Positions 8,029 through 16,563 of a stretch of DNA of 45,164 nt are shown piece by piece. Positions within the stretch are counted from its first letter, which is position 1; every line of letters starts with the position of its first letter. Source of the stretch: a virus; IMG/VR virus record IMGVR_UViG_3300003465_000014, positions 1 to 45,164 of that record; one strand, written 5' to 3'. Both the position numbers and the translations under genes were made by a program. The notes under the pieces were generated by a model, which saw only the letters and a list, made by a program, of their open reading frames with translations, searched no databases and was not told the origin of the DNA.

Positions 8029-9540
8029 TTACGCCGCTGCCAACCCAGTGATCTTGGCGTTCGCACCCGGATTGCCGGACCCCAGGTTCTCCTCCTCGAT
8101 GTAGACCGCGAAGAAGGCGTCCTTGCGGCCCGTCGAGTTGACCACGCGGTTCCACACCGAGCCATCGGTGTCGTCCCACCGGCCCGTGCCGATCTTGTAC
8201 CGCTGGATCGAACTCGGGTCGATGAGATACGCGCGGGAACTTGGCACCTTGCGTGCGGCGCGCACCTTGGCCGTGCGGTCGCCCAGGATCATCTTGAGCG
8301 TCGCCTTCCCGCCCTGGTACGTCCCCGCGGGGTCGTTGATGATGCGATCGTTCTTGAGGTTCTTCCAGAACGAGCGCTGGCCCGAGCGGTTGACGAGGAT
8401 GATCGACGGGCGCCCACCGATGCGCTCGAACGCCTGCGCGTCGGCGTAGTCCATGATGTCCTCCGAGAGCTCGGAATTCCACGAACCCGCCGTGGAGTCG
8501 ATGATCTGCGCCTTGAGCTCGGGGTATGTGGTCCGCGAAAGACCCTGGAACGTGGCGACGTTGGTGCCGTCGTCGATGATGCCTTCCAGCCCCATCATCT
8601 CACGGGTGGAGTACCCATACACGTTCGCGTCGCCGAGGAACACGTAGTCGTTGTCGGCGCCCGAGGTCGGCACGGCGTCGATATCGATTTCGTTGTTGGC
8701 GTAGTCCACCGACGTGACGACCGCGGCACCGGTACGCGGCGAGGAACCGTTAGCATTCGGGCTCCAGCGGAGCGAGTCGTCCCGAAGCAGCAGGTTGACC
8801 GCGCCTTCGAGGCCCGCGATGCCATAGGCGGAGTCGATGGCGGTGTCCGTGGTCGCCGGGGAGGCGTCATTGATGCGGCAGACGATGCCGGTGCCGGTGC
8901 CGATCGCCATGCGGTCCTTGTGGAACGCAAGACGCTGGGCCTTCCGCGGCAGGGCTTCGTCGGCCCACGTCGCAAACGCGGCCGGCCCCTTCTTCACGCG
9001 CCGAAGCGTGCGGCCCGACAGTTCCACGGTGGCCGTGAGCTGCTTGATGCCCAGCGTGGACTGCTTGACCGTCGGCGTGGTCGGCGTGTAGAGGTAGTCG
9101 TCCTCGTCCATGGCGCCGACGCCACCGCCGGAGGAGAACGTGTGCATCATCGTGATGTTCTTGCCGTCCGGGCCTTCCGTGATCTCGAAGCCTTCGGCTT
9201 TCTCGATCAGGTCCAGGACCTCGGTCTCCTTCTCGACGTTGTTCTCGAACGCCCTGGTATAGACGTTCTTGAGCATATCGTTGAGGCCCACAAAGTCAGA
9301 GCCGGACGACTTGGTGCCCGTGGTCGCCATCGCGAGTGTGACGCCAGGGTCGCCGAAGGCATGGAACGCGGCGACTTGAAGCGCCACGAGCAGGAGCACG
9401 GGCAGGATGGCGAGCGCGAACACGCCCACCACGGCGAGGAGCGACGGCCGCTGCGTGGCCGAATACAGCGTTGCGCTGTTCGACAGCAAAGCGGCGCCTT
9501 CGCCCTTCACCTTGCGGATCAGGACGGAAAAGCGATTCAT
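8029..9540 (-). CDS. Major capsid protein, HK97-fold-like (503 aa as called; 433 aa if started at ATG 9330)
   Basis: Follows the scaffold-like gene, with typical size. Capsid-like sequence from MATTGTKSSGSDFVGLNDMLKNVY. The 70-aa N-terminal extension keeps high GC3 in frame. Confidence 0.7.
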   Translation of the reverse strand: MNRFSVLIRKVKGEGAALLSNSATLYSATQRPSLLAVVGVFALAILPVLLLVALQVAAFHAFGDPGVTLAMATTGTKSSGSDFVGLNDMLKNVYTRAFENNVEKETEVLDLIEKAEGFEITEGPDGKNITMMHTFSSGGGVGAMDEDDYLYTPTTPTVKQSTLGIKQLTATVELSGRTLRRVKKGPAAFATWADEALPRKAQRLAFHKDRMAIGTGTGIVCRINDASPATTDTAIDSAYGIAGLEGAVNLLLRDDSLRWSPNANGSSPRTGAAVVTSVDYANNEIDIDAVPTSGADNDYVFLGDANVYGYSTREMMGLEGIIDDGTNVATFQGLSRTTYPELKAQIIDSTAGSWNSELSEDIMDYADAQAFERIGGRPSIILVNRSGQRSFWKNLKNDRIINDPAGTYQGGKATLKMILGDRTAKVRAARKVPSSRAYLIDPSSIQRYKIGTGRWDDTDGSVWNRVVNSTGRKDAFFAVYIEEENLGSGNPGANAKITGLAAA

Positions 9541-9575
9541 GGTCGTTGTAGGAGCGGGGGTGTGCTACGAGGCCG

Positions 9576-10916
9576 CTACCAAGTGGCTCCTGCCTTTTGG
9601 CGGATCAGCTTGGAAGCGGTGCGGATGTCCGCGTCGGCGGGGATGACCGGGGCCTGCACGGTGGCGGCGCCGACTCCCGCGGGCGGGATGGCGGCGGCGG
9701 CTCGGCGGCTGGCCTGTGCACGACGAACGCGGTCCTGCGCGGCCCGTGCTTCCTCTGTCGTCGGGCCGGCGGCACGCTGGGCCACGGCGCGGGCGCGGTC
9801 AGAGACCGGGCGAGCGGGCGGGGCGGACGGCGTGGCGCTGCCGTTCGATGGGACGGCGGGTGCGCTGGGTGCTACGGTGCTGCTCTCTGGCGTCGGCTGC
9901 TGGCTTCCGTTGAAGCCGTACAGGCGAAGCCGATGTTCGACTAACCTGGGTGCGGTCTCGGGGCTGACTCGGTCCCCGCGGCGTGCGGCCTGGATCAGAT
10001 CAAACTCAACGTCCGCCATGAACTGGCGGACCGTGGCGTCGTCGGCGGTCTCAGGCACGAGGGCATGGACGGACCCCATGATCTCGCGCGCGTAGGCGAG
10101 TTTCTGGGACTCGACATGCGCGCGGTCGCTGGCCTCGCGCATCCGGTCGCGGAGCACAACGCGGTTCCGCTCGCGCTCCTCGCCGTTCTCGTACCACTTC
10201 TCGATCTCGGGTCGAAGTGTCTCGAAGTGCTCCAGGATGAGCCCCCGCGCGACTTCCAGTTGGCCCTCGGTCGGGATCTTGCCCAACAGGAACCCCGTAG
10301 GGTCCATGTCGATTGCACGCTCGAACTCCTCGATCTCCGCCTGCCGGGCTTCGAGCTTTGCGCTCCGAGCGATGTACTCGTTGCGCCGGAGTCCATCCTT
10401 GGCGAGCCGCTGCAGCCGTTCGGCGACCTCGGGATCGGTGACATCGATTTCGATGGGCTGCTCGCCGCGCTCCTGGAATCCAGGGAGCGTGATGACCTTG
10501 GCCTCAGCTTCTGCCGCAGGTGCACCGTCGGTAGCAGCGGCCGGCTCGCCCTTGACCCAGCCTTCGGGAGCGGCGCCCTCGACGAACTTCCCAGCCCTGT
10601 CCTTCCAGCGCTCGGCGGTTTCGTCCCATACGGCGCCATCCTCGCGTGTAATGGGATCGACCGGCGGCGCTTCCTCAGCGCCATCGGTCGCCGTCGTGGC
10701 GTCGCCGGCGGGCGGTTCGAAGCTGAGGTCAGCGGCGTCCGTCGCGACGTCCTGCGCCTTCTCTACATCGTCAGGCCCTTTGAGCGAGCGGCCCATCTGC
10801 TCGGGCGTGAGCGAGGCGAGGAACGCCTTGCTCGCGGCGCCAACAGTTGAGTGTTCGGCGGGGACCGGCGTGCCTTCGGCGCCGGCCGTGGGAACGGTCG
10901 TGTTCGGAGCGGTCAT
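9576..10916 (-). CDS. Scaffolding-like protein (446 aa)
   Basis: Lies between the portal and capsid genes. Acidic, Ala/Glu-rich, helical low-complexity sequence. AAGGAA upstream of the ATG. Confidence 0.55.
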   Translation of the reverse strand: MTAPNTTVPTAGAEGTPVPAEHSTVGAASKAFLASLTPEQMGRSLKGPDDVEKAQDVATDAADLSFEPPAGDATTATDGAEEAPPVDPITREDGAVWDETAERWKDRAGKFVEGAAPEGWVKGEPAAATDGAPAAEAEAKVITLPGFQERGEQPIEIDVTDPEVAERLQRLAKDGLRRNEYIARSAKLEARQAEIEEFERAIDMDPTGFLLGKIPTEGQLEVARGLILEHFETLRPEIEKWYENGEERERNRVVLRDRMREASDRAHVESQKLAYAREIMGSVHALVPETADDATVRQFMADVEFDLIQAARRGDRVSPETAPRLVEHRLRLYGFNGSQQPTPESSTVAPSAPAVPSNGSATPSAPPARPVSDRARAVAQRAAGPTTEEARAAQDRVRRAQASRRAAAAIPPAGVGAATVQAPVIPADADIRTASKLIRQKAGATW

Positions 10917-10928
10917 TGTTGGGGTTCC

Positions 10929-13217
10929 TTACGCCGCGAGGCTGTCTTGGCTCGGGGCTTCGGGGTTTCCGGGCTCGATGGCCGGCCCGGTCTCGGCGGC
11001 GGACGCCGCCATGGCGCCTTGGGTGGCGCCTGCGAGTTGCGCCTGTGCGGCCATCATCGGGGCCTGACGCGCCATCATGGCCAACTGTTGGACTTGGCGA
11101 GCTGCAAGCAGGAATTGCCGGTGGTTCTCGAACTCCGCCTGGACGGTCACCGGCAGCGTTAAGTACTCCGGCGACGCCATGAACGTCTCGGTGACTTCGA
11201 GGTGCACGGCGATGTTGTAGACTTCGAGGATCGGAATGGCCGCGGCAGGCTCACCGCGCACCAAGCGCCCTAAGTTCTGCTCCGCCATCACGCGATGGAC
11301 ACCACCGGGCCGCGTCGCGCGCGTCAGATCGGGGTAGTTAAACAGCTCCAGCAACGTCGCAACGGCCTTGGGCTTCTCCATCGGGTTGGCCGGATCTCCG
11401 AATGCCCCGAGCGCGAACAACTCCTTGACGCGCTGGCGACGGCGCTCCTTGGATTCGGCAGCGGCCGACTCCACGATCGGCTTCACGTTCACCCGCCCCT
11501 CGAACATCTCGGGCAGGACGGTAACCGTGCGGACCACGTTATCCGCGCCCGCATAGGTAATCATCTTCTCGGCGGTCCAGATTGCCGGGAGAATGGCCAG
11601 CACGTCCTCGGCGATCTCCGCGTTGAAGCGCACGAGGTTTTGCGTGAGCGGCGTAAGTGGGCGGTCGGCGTTGTAACGCAGTTCTTCCACGAGGTCGCCA
11701 GACGCACTCGCGGTCGGGGTCTCGCTGGAGTTCCCCATGAGCGCGCCGATCGTGAACAGCTGCTGGATCACATCCGCTTTGTGCTTCCACACATCGGGCG
11801 AGAGGGTCGGCGGCGCGAGCCAGAACGCCGGCGCGCCTCCACCGAGGACACCCCCGTACTCGATGTGGAGACCCGGCCGCGCGACGAACTCGTCCTCGTC
11901 GATGCCCACCGACTCGTGATAGAACAGGATCGGGTTCGTACAGAGGTTTGTGTGTTCCGCGATCTGCGCTTCGACCCGGTTCAGGCGCTTCTGGAGCGGT
12001 ACGAGTCGCTCCAGCATCGTGGTGTGAAACGGTCGTCCGGGGATGTCGATGAATCCGAATCGCCGGATCGGACCAGCGGCGCGACAGCGGAACGGCCGGA
12101 GCGAATCCCAGAGCACGCGCCCGCCCTCGGTCTTGGCGCTCGGCGCCACGACCAGGAGGCGCCCGCCGGCGATGTCGGCCGCTTCATTCTCGTCCGTGTG
12201 ACCGGGACACGGCCGCTCCCACATCTCGTAAACGGTGACGAACCCTTCCATCCCGCGCGCGGCTGGGTTGGTATCGCCAGCGATCGACGGATTCTGTGCC
12301 GCACCGAAATACCCGGAGCCGAAGAGCAAACGCTCCAAGTAGCCCGGGCCGACTTCGTCCTCTGCATCCGGGAAGGCATCGGCTTCGACTTGGACGCCAT
12401 AGCGCTGCTCGATGTCAGCGGGCGTCAGGAACGCGCGACGGATGACCCAGCGCTTATCGTTCCACGGGATGTGCTGGCCCCACTCGGCCCGGATCTCCAG
12501 CGGGCACAAGATGTTGACCTTGGGCGAGCCCTCGCGGTCCCGGTACGGGTCGCCCGTGATGTCGTAGCCGTAGTCCCCGGTCTCGGGATCTGGGACGAGT
12601 TGCGCGAGCGGGTTACCGGTCACGTCAAAGGGGACGGCTTCGACGGGCCGTTCGACGAGCGTGCCGTCATCGCGCGCCAGGGAGAGCACCGCCGGCGCGA
12701 TCAATTCGCGCGGTGGGCCGCTGGTGAACTCTGGGAAGGTGTAGGAATGGCACTCGCCGGCCACGAGCGCCCAGCCCACGGCGCGGACGTTCTTGGCGTC
12801 CATCTCCATCTCGCCGAAGAGCGTTTTCCAGACCGGCTCCATGACTTCGGCGAGTATCGCGTCGAAGCGGTCGCTCGTGGATGGCATGAAGCCGATGGCG
12901 GGCGCGTTCTCGGTTGCCTTAGAGAGCGTTACGAGGAACCAGTAGCCCAGGTAGTCCATGACCGGACGCATGCGGTACTTGCGCTCCTCGTCGGTCATAT
13001 AGCGGAGCACGTCCACGTAGCGGCCTAAGAGGTCCGACCACTGGTCCCACTGCCGACCGGAGAGCATGCGGACATGCTCTTCGACCGTCTTGGCGAATTG
13101 TAGGTACGCGGCGTCCTGCGAACGCCAGCGCTTCATCACGAGTTCGATGCGCTCGCCGTCCCTCGCGTCTGGTTGGTCCGGCGTCGGGCGCAGCGGAATG
13201 AACTCCACGGCGCTCAT
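10929..13217 (-). CDS. Portal protein (762 aa)
   Basis: Size, position immediately upstream of scaffold and capsid, and N-terminal LSGRQWDQW motif typical of portal N-termini. Confidence 0.7.
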   Translation of the reverse strand: MSAVEFIPLRPTPDQPDARDGERIELVMKRWRSQDAAYLQFAKTVEEHVRMLSGRQWDQWSDLLGRYVDVLRYMTDEERKYRMRPVMDYLGYWFLVTLSKATENAPAIGFMPSTSDRFDAILAEVMEPVWKTLFGEMEMDAKNVRAVGWALVAGECHSYTFPEFTSGPPRELIAPAVLSLARDDGTLVERPVEAVPFDVTGNPLAQLVPDPETGDYGYDITGDPYRDREGSPKVNILCPLEIRAEWGQHIPWNDKRWVIRRAFLTPADIEQRYGVQVEADAFPDAEDEVGPGYLERLLFGSGYFGAAQNPSIAGDTNPAARGMEGFVTVYEMWERPCPGHTDENEAADIAGGRLLVVAPSAKTEGGRVLWDSLRPFRCRAAGPIRRFGFIDIPGRPFHTTMLERLVPLQKRLNRVEAQIAEHTNLCTNPILFYHESVGIDEDEFVARPGLHIEYGGVLGGGAPAFWLAPPTLSPDVWKHKADVIQQLFTIGALMGNSSETPTASASGDLVEELRYNADRPLTPLTQNLVRFNAEIAEDVLAILPAIWTAEKMITYAGADNVVRTVTVLPEMFEGRVNVKPIVESAAAESKERRRQRVKELFALGAFGDPANPMEKPKAVATLLELFNYPDLTRATRPGGVHRVMAEQNLGRLVRGEPAAAIPILEVYNIAVHLEVTETFMASPEYLTLPVTVQAEFENHRQFLLAARQVQQLAMMARQAPMMAAQAQLAGATQGAMAASAAETGPAIEPGNPEAPSQDSLAA

Positions 13218-13750
13218 CGCATCCCACTCATGCGCGGCATCGTGCGCGACCTCATCATGCGCGGCGGGTTCCGTGGATCGTCGGCACGGAGTTCACGACG
13301 GCGCAACGGATCGCTGTCGCGATAGTAGGCGCCATCCCATCCAGCGGCCAGGTCGCGCGGATATGGGCCGCGGTGGAACTCGTCGCCCTCTTGGCTCGCA
13401 CGGTATCGGGCCTCGTGCCATGCCCGCGTCGCCCATTCCTCCAGCGGCTCCGCGTTCCGCGCTTCCATGCCGGTCATGTCGGCCATGTCATAGCGGTCCA
13501 TCGGGCGACCCATCGACATCATGCCTTGGCTCTGGGCGCGACCGCTGGACATGCGTTCCATACCGCGCATGCCCTTCATGCCGCCCATTCTTGCCATCGA
13601 CTGCATCGTGCGGGTGCCGTCGGGCCGCTGGATGACCATAGCGAGGATACGACCGCTCCCGAAGGGCATGTTGCGAGCGGTGTTCTTCGCGGGCTGACGT
13701 GAGCGGCTTCCGCTCATCCCGCTCATCCCGCCCATGCTCATGCCGTTCAT
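13214..13750 (-). CDS. Methionine-rich protein (178 aa, 26 Met)
   Basis: MGGMSGMSG / MGGMKGMRGMERM / GMMSMGRPM / DMADMTGM / RMMRSRTMPRMSGMR motifs. ATGA overlaps at both ends. GC3 consistent with coding. Confidence 0.65.
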   Translation of the reverse strand: MNGMSMGGMSGMSGSRSRQPAKNTARNMPFGSGRILAMVIQRPDGTRTMQSMARMGGMKGMRGMERMSSGRAQSQGMMSMGRPMDRYDMADMTGMEARNAEPLEEWATRAWHEARYRASQEGDEFHRGPYPRDLAAGWDGAYYRDSDPLRRRELRADDPRNPPRMMRSRTMPRMSGMR

Positions 13751-15687
13751 GGGGTCCGTGACTGTACGCGAGGGAGTCGGGCGCGGAGTGAGTCGATCTG
13801 CCGCTGCTGCTGCTGCACCGTAGCGATGAGCACCGCCAGCACCGCCCGGTCGTTCACGTTGATTGGATCGCCCTTCGAGATGCTGAGCGACGCATCGTCC
13901 TGCCCCGCGTAGAACGCAAGGTCGCGGTTGACCTTCGCCGCCTCCTCAGCAATCAGCCCGAACTCGCGGCGCTCGTTGTAGAAACCGAGCTTGTACCGGT
14001 AGTGCTTGGGGCTGAGCGCCATGAGCGTGCGAGTGGCAACCTGCGGAGAGAGCGTCGTGATGTTGGTCTTGATCTTCGCCGTCGAGGAGCCGCACGTCGC
14101 GCCCTGCGTTACGCTGCTATCAGTTTTCCAGCACAGGGATACGTCACCTGCACCAGTCGCGGCGGCCGTTCTAACCTTGATGACGCCTCCGGCACGCAAG
14201 TACAAATTCTTCCCTGACTCCGCGTATATGGAGAGAGCGTTATCGGTTGACCCGGTAAAAGCCCCATGCACGCCAACATAACCAGAGGCTGTACCGTCCC
14301 TTGACATACGCACCCATCCACCGCCACCTGACGAGGAGCCGCCATTAAGATAGAGAAGGCCGGAATTGGCGTTGGCGCCTCCCGCACCAATGTTCACCTG
14401 CCCTAAAAACGTCGCGCTTGAATCCGCGCCGAGCACCAGCGTGTTTTTCGCAGCACCAGCACTCGTGGTGGTTTGCAACGTCATCGTGCGCGAGTTCCCG
14501 GTGCCCGCTTGAATTGTCATGTTGCCTGCGCCGCCTTGCAGGAGCGTGTTTGCCCCACCAGCAATATAAAGCGACTTGAAACCGCCCGTTGTGACGCCAA
14601 TCGTATCAGCGTTATTTCGATTAAAGAATCCTGTATTGTTATCGTTCACCCACGTCACCGACGGTTGCGATTCGCCACCCGTAGGATTTAGCTGTAACTG
14701 ACCGACGTTGCTGCTATGTGACAAGACAACAACGTTGATGGGTGTTCCCGTAATTCCGGTGGCGTAGAGCGTAGTCGTTTGGCTGGCACCAATAGGAGCA
14801 ATGGCGATGCTACCGTTCCCTTCGAGCTTCGGCCCTGCAAGCATGCGCCACGTCCACACGCCCGCATTGCTAAATCCGAGCGTGTCCACGCCGAAGCGGT
14901 AGAGGCCAGTCCCACGCGAGTTGAGCAGGCTGATGCTCGGCGCTGCCGCCGTGCCGTCACCCGCCCAGAACCGCGTCGCCTTGACCGAGTCGAACGTCAC
15001 CGCGCGCACGGTGTCGGTCACGGTCGCGCCGCCGCCGCCGGCAGGACAGCCCGTACAACTCGTGACGATGATGTTCGCGAACCGCGCGCCGTTGAGCGCG
15101 ATCAGCGAGTCGAGCATGCTGGCACGGCCACGGACCCGGAGGATGCCCTTCACGCGCACCGAGTCGAGCGAGTCGCCGCGCGCCAGCGTGCGCTTCAACT
15201 CACCGATCGACTGTGCGCGGGTGCGTGACGCGGAGTCCGACACCAGCACGAGCGCCGAGTCGTTGACGCCCGTGGTCGCGGTGGCACGCGGAAGCTGGCG
15301 GATGTTCTGCGCTTCAACGGTCGCTACGAAGAACGATGCGAACGCCCTCCCGAGGCGTTTCCACGTCCAGGGGCGCGGTGGAACCGGTGGCTGCGTCTCC
15401 CGCACCGCCCGATGGAGCGCACCGTCGATGTATCCGCGCCAGTAGGTCTGACGGGCCGTTGGCAGCGTGTGAAGAGGTTGCAGCGAGTCAGGGGACTCCC
15501 GCACCAGCGTGTCACCCTTTGCCGTGACCTGCGCGACCGTAGCGCCGACGCTAACAAAGTTCAGCGTGGAACGCTGCGACAGGAAAAGCCCGCTGTTGAG
15601 CGGGGAGTCAAACCTGACGGTCTGCGCGAGCGCCGGGGTGGCGCACGACGCCAGCAGTAGTGTCAGGTACGCAAGAATGCGTTTCAT
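13747..15687 (-). CDS. Fibre/spike-like protein with N-terminal lipoprotein-type signal and C-terminal S74 intramolecular chaperone domain (646 aa)
   Basis: ATG 15687 has GAGGA 7 nt upstream. N-terminus MKRILAYLTLLLASC (lipobox LASC). Fibre motif AAPSISLLNSRGTGLYRFGVDTLGFSNAG. Gly/Asn/Thr-rich repeats. Confidence 0.7.
   Translation of the reverse strand: MKRILAYLTLLLASCATPALAQTVRFDSPLNSGLFLSQRSTLNFVSVGATVAQVTAKGDTLVRESPDSLQPLHTLPTARQTYWRGYIDGALHRAVRETQPPVPPRPWTWKRLGRAFASFFVATVEAQNIRQLPRATATTGVNDSALVLVSDSASRTRAQSIGELKRTLARGDSLDSVRVKGILRVRGRASMLDSLIALNGARFANIIVTSCTGCPAGGGGATVTDTVRAVTFDSVKATRFWAGDGTAAAPSISLLNSRGTGLYRFGVDTLGFSNAGVWTWRMLAGPKLEGNGSIAIAPIGASQTTTLYATGITGTPINVVVLSHSSNVGQLQLNPTGGESQPSVTWVNDNNTGFFNRNNADTIGVTTGGFKSLYIAGGANTLLQGGAGNMTIQAGTGNSRTMTLQTTTSAGAAKNTLVLGADSSATFLGQVNIGAGGANANSGLLYLNGGSSSGGGGWVRMSRDGTASGYVGVHGAFTGSTDNALSIYAESGKNLYLRAGGVIKVRTAAATGAGDVSLCWKTDSSVTQGATCGSSTAKIKTNITTLSPQVATRTLMALSPKHYRYKLGFYNERREFGLIAEEAAKVNRDLAFYAGQDDASLSISKGDPINVNDRAVLAVLIATVQQQQRQIDSLRARLPRVQSRTP
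13750..14088 (-). other. Peptidase S74-like intramolecular chaperone auto-processing domain
   Basis: SSTAKIKTNITTLSP...LSPKHYRYK...EFGLIAEEAAKV...VNDRAVLAVLIATVQQQQRQIDSL matches the canonical S74 fibre C-terminal pattern. Confidence 0.65.
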
Positions 15688-15689
15688 GG

Positions 15690-15905
15690 TCAGGTCCTCA
15701 AGAGACCAGAATACGCGGGCACGGCCTTCGTGCCGACGTTCACGTAGATGTTTTCGTTCGTCGTGTCGTAGTACAGCTCGCCCGTGTCTACGACGCCGAC
15801 GCCGGTGACGCCATCCGTGGGCGCACCAGCGCCCTGGAGCTTGTAAAGCGTCGCCGCACCGCCAGGAGCCGGGGCGCCCGCAGACCATCCGAGTCCGATA
15901 GACAT
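15690..15905 (-). CDS. Hypothetical small protein (71 aa)
   Basis: ORF placed tightly between the neighbouring genes. Confidence 0.5.
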   Translation of the reverse strand: MSIGLGWSAGAPAPGGAATLYKLQGAGAPTDGVTGVGVVDTGELYYDTTNENIYVNVGTKAVPAYSGLLRT

Positions 15906-15915
15906 TCGCGCGCCC

Positions 15916-16182
15916 TCAGTACAGAGCCACGATGTTCGTGGCCGTGGTACCGGTCGCTTTCACGCGCTTGCAGCGAATCCCCATCATCGAGCCCGCGGGG
16001 ACGCCGACGAACGTGACATCGGTGTCGTCCTGTCCGGTCACGGTCACGTCGCCCGCGCCGCCGATGTAGAGCCCGCGGGCGAGCGTGGGGAACAGGTTGG
16101 TGTCGTGGGGCGTGACGGCGAAGCCGCCGATCGCGCCCTCGATGGACGTGGAGATGGGTTTGCGACTGGTAGCAATAGCCAT
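15916..16182 (-). CDS. Spike-base-like protein (88 aa), resembles the RcGTA Rcc01079 family (from memory)
   Basis: FAVTPHDTNLFPTLARGLYIGGAGDVTVT...VTFVGVPAGSMMGIRCKRVKATGTTATNIVALY pattern. Confidence 0.45.
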   Translation of the reverse strand: MAIATSRKPISTSIEGAIGGFAVTPHDTNLFPTLARGLYIGGAGDVTVTGQDDTDVTFVGVPAGSMMGIRCKRVKATGTTATNIVALY

Positions 16183-16194
16183 GGCAGGGAAGGG

Positions 16195-16488
16195 CTAGGC
16201 GGCGTGGACAGCGGTAAGCAGGCCGCGCGCACCGCCGCGCAACGAGCGGCGATTGGCGTGACTGCGGCGCGCTTCGGACCGGAGTTGTGCTCGCGCGTAG
16301 CCCCACGCGGGATCAGAACCGGGGGGCGTCGCAGACTCGAAGAGCTTGTCCCAGTTGATCCCGGCGTAGAAGAGACAGCGCGCGCCGTCGCGGATCAGGA
16401 ACGAGAGCAGGAGAGAGGCGGCAGCCACACGCGCTAACTCTTCGCGCTCAACCTCGGCCAGATACTCCGTGCGACCTACGTCCCGCAC
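16195..16488 (-). CDS. Hypothetical protein (97 aa from GTG 16488; track ORF extends to TTG 16551)
   Basis: GC3 becomes coding-like only after about codon 22 of the track ORF. Start uncertain. Confidence 0.4.
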   Translation of the reverse strand: MRDVGRTEYLAEVEREELARVAAASLLLSFLIRDGARCLFYAGINWDKLFESATPPGSDPAWGYARAQLRSEARRSHANRRSLRGGARGLLTAVHAA

Positions 16489-16563
16489 GGAGACACTAAC
16501 GCACGGTAATGTCAATGGCGGGAAGTATTGCGATTTGCCAGAATCCCGCAATTGACGCTGCGT
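16489..16563 (-). promoter_or_regulatory. Lower-GC gap downstream of the LuxR-type gene, with a TTGACA hexamer and a 6-bp inverted repeat
   Basis: Minus-strand TTGACA (plus 16510-16515). ATTGCG (16527-16532) and CGCAAT (16547-16552) are separated by 14 nt. Confidence 0.25.

Noticed and set aside
7921-10095. Very long plus-strand ORFs, for example 7921..10095 (724 aa), 11295..13028 (577 aa), 40306..41835 (509 aa), 19992..20867 and 21344..22246
   Set aside because: They lie antisense to minus-strand genes that have recognisable motifs (capsid, portal, GGDEF protein, terminase). They are Arg/Ala/Gly/Pro-rich, as expected for shadow frames in GC-rich DNA. They break the otherwise consistent operon structure.
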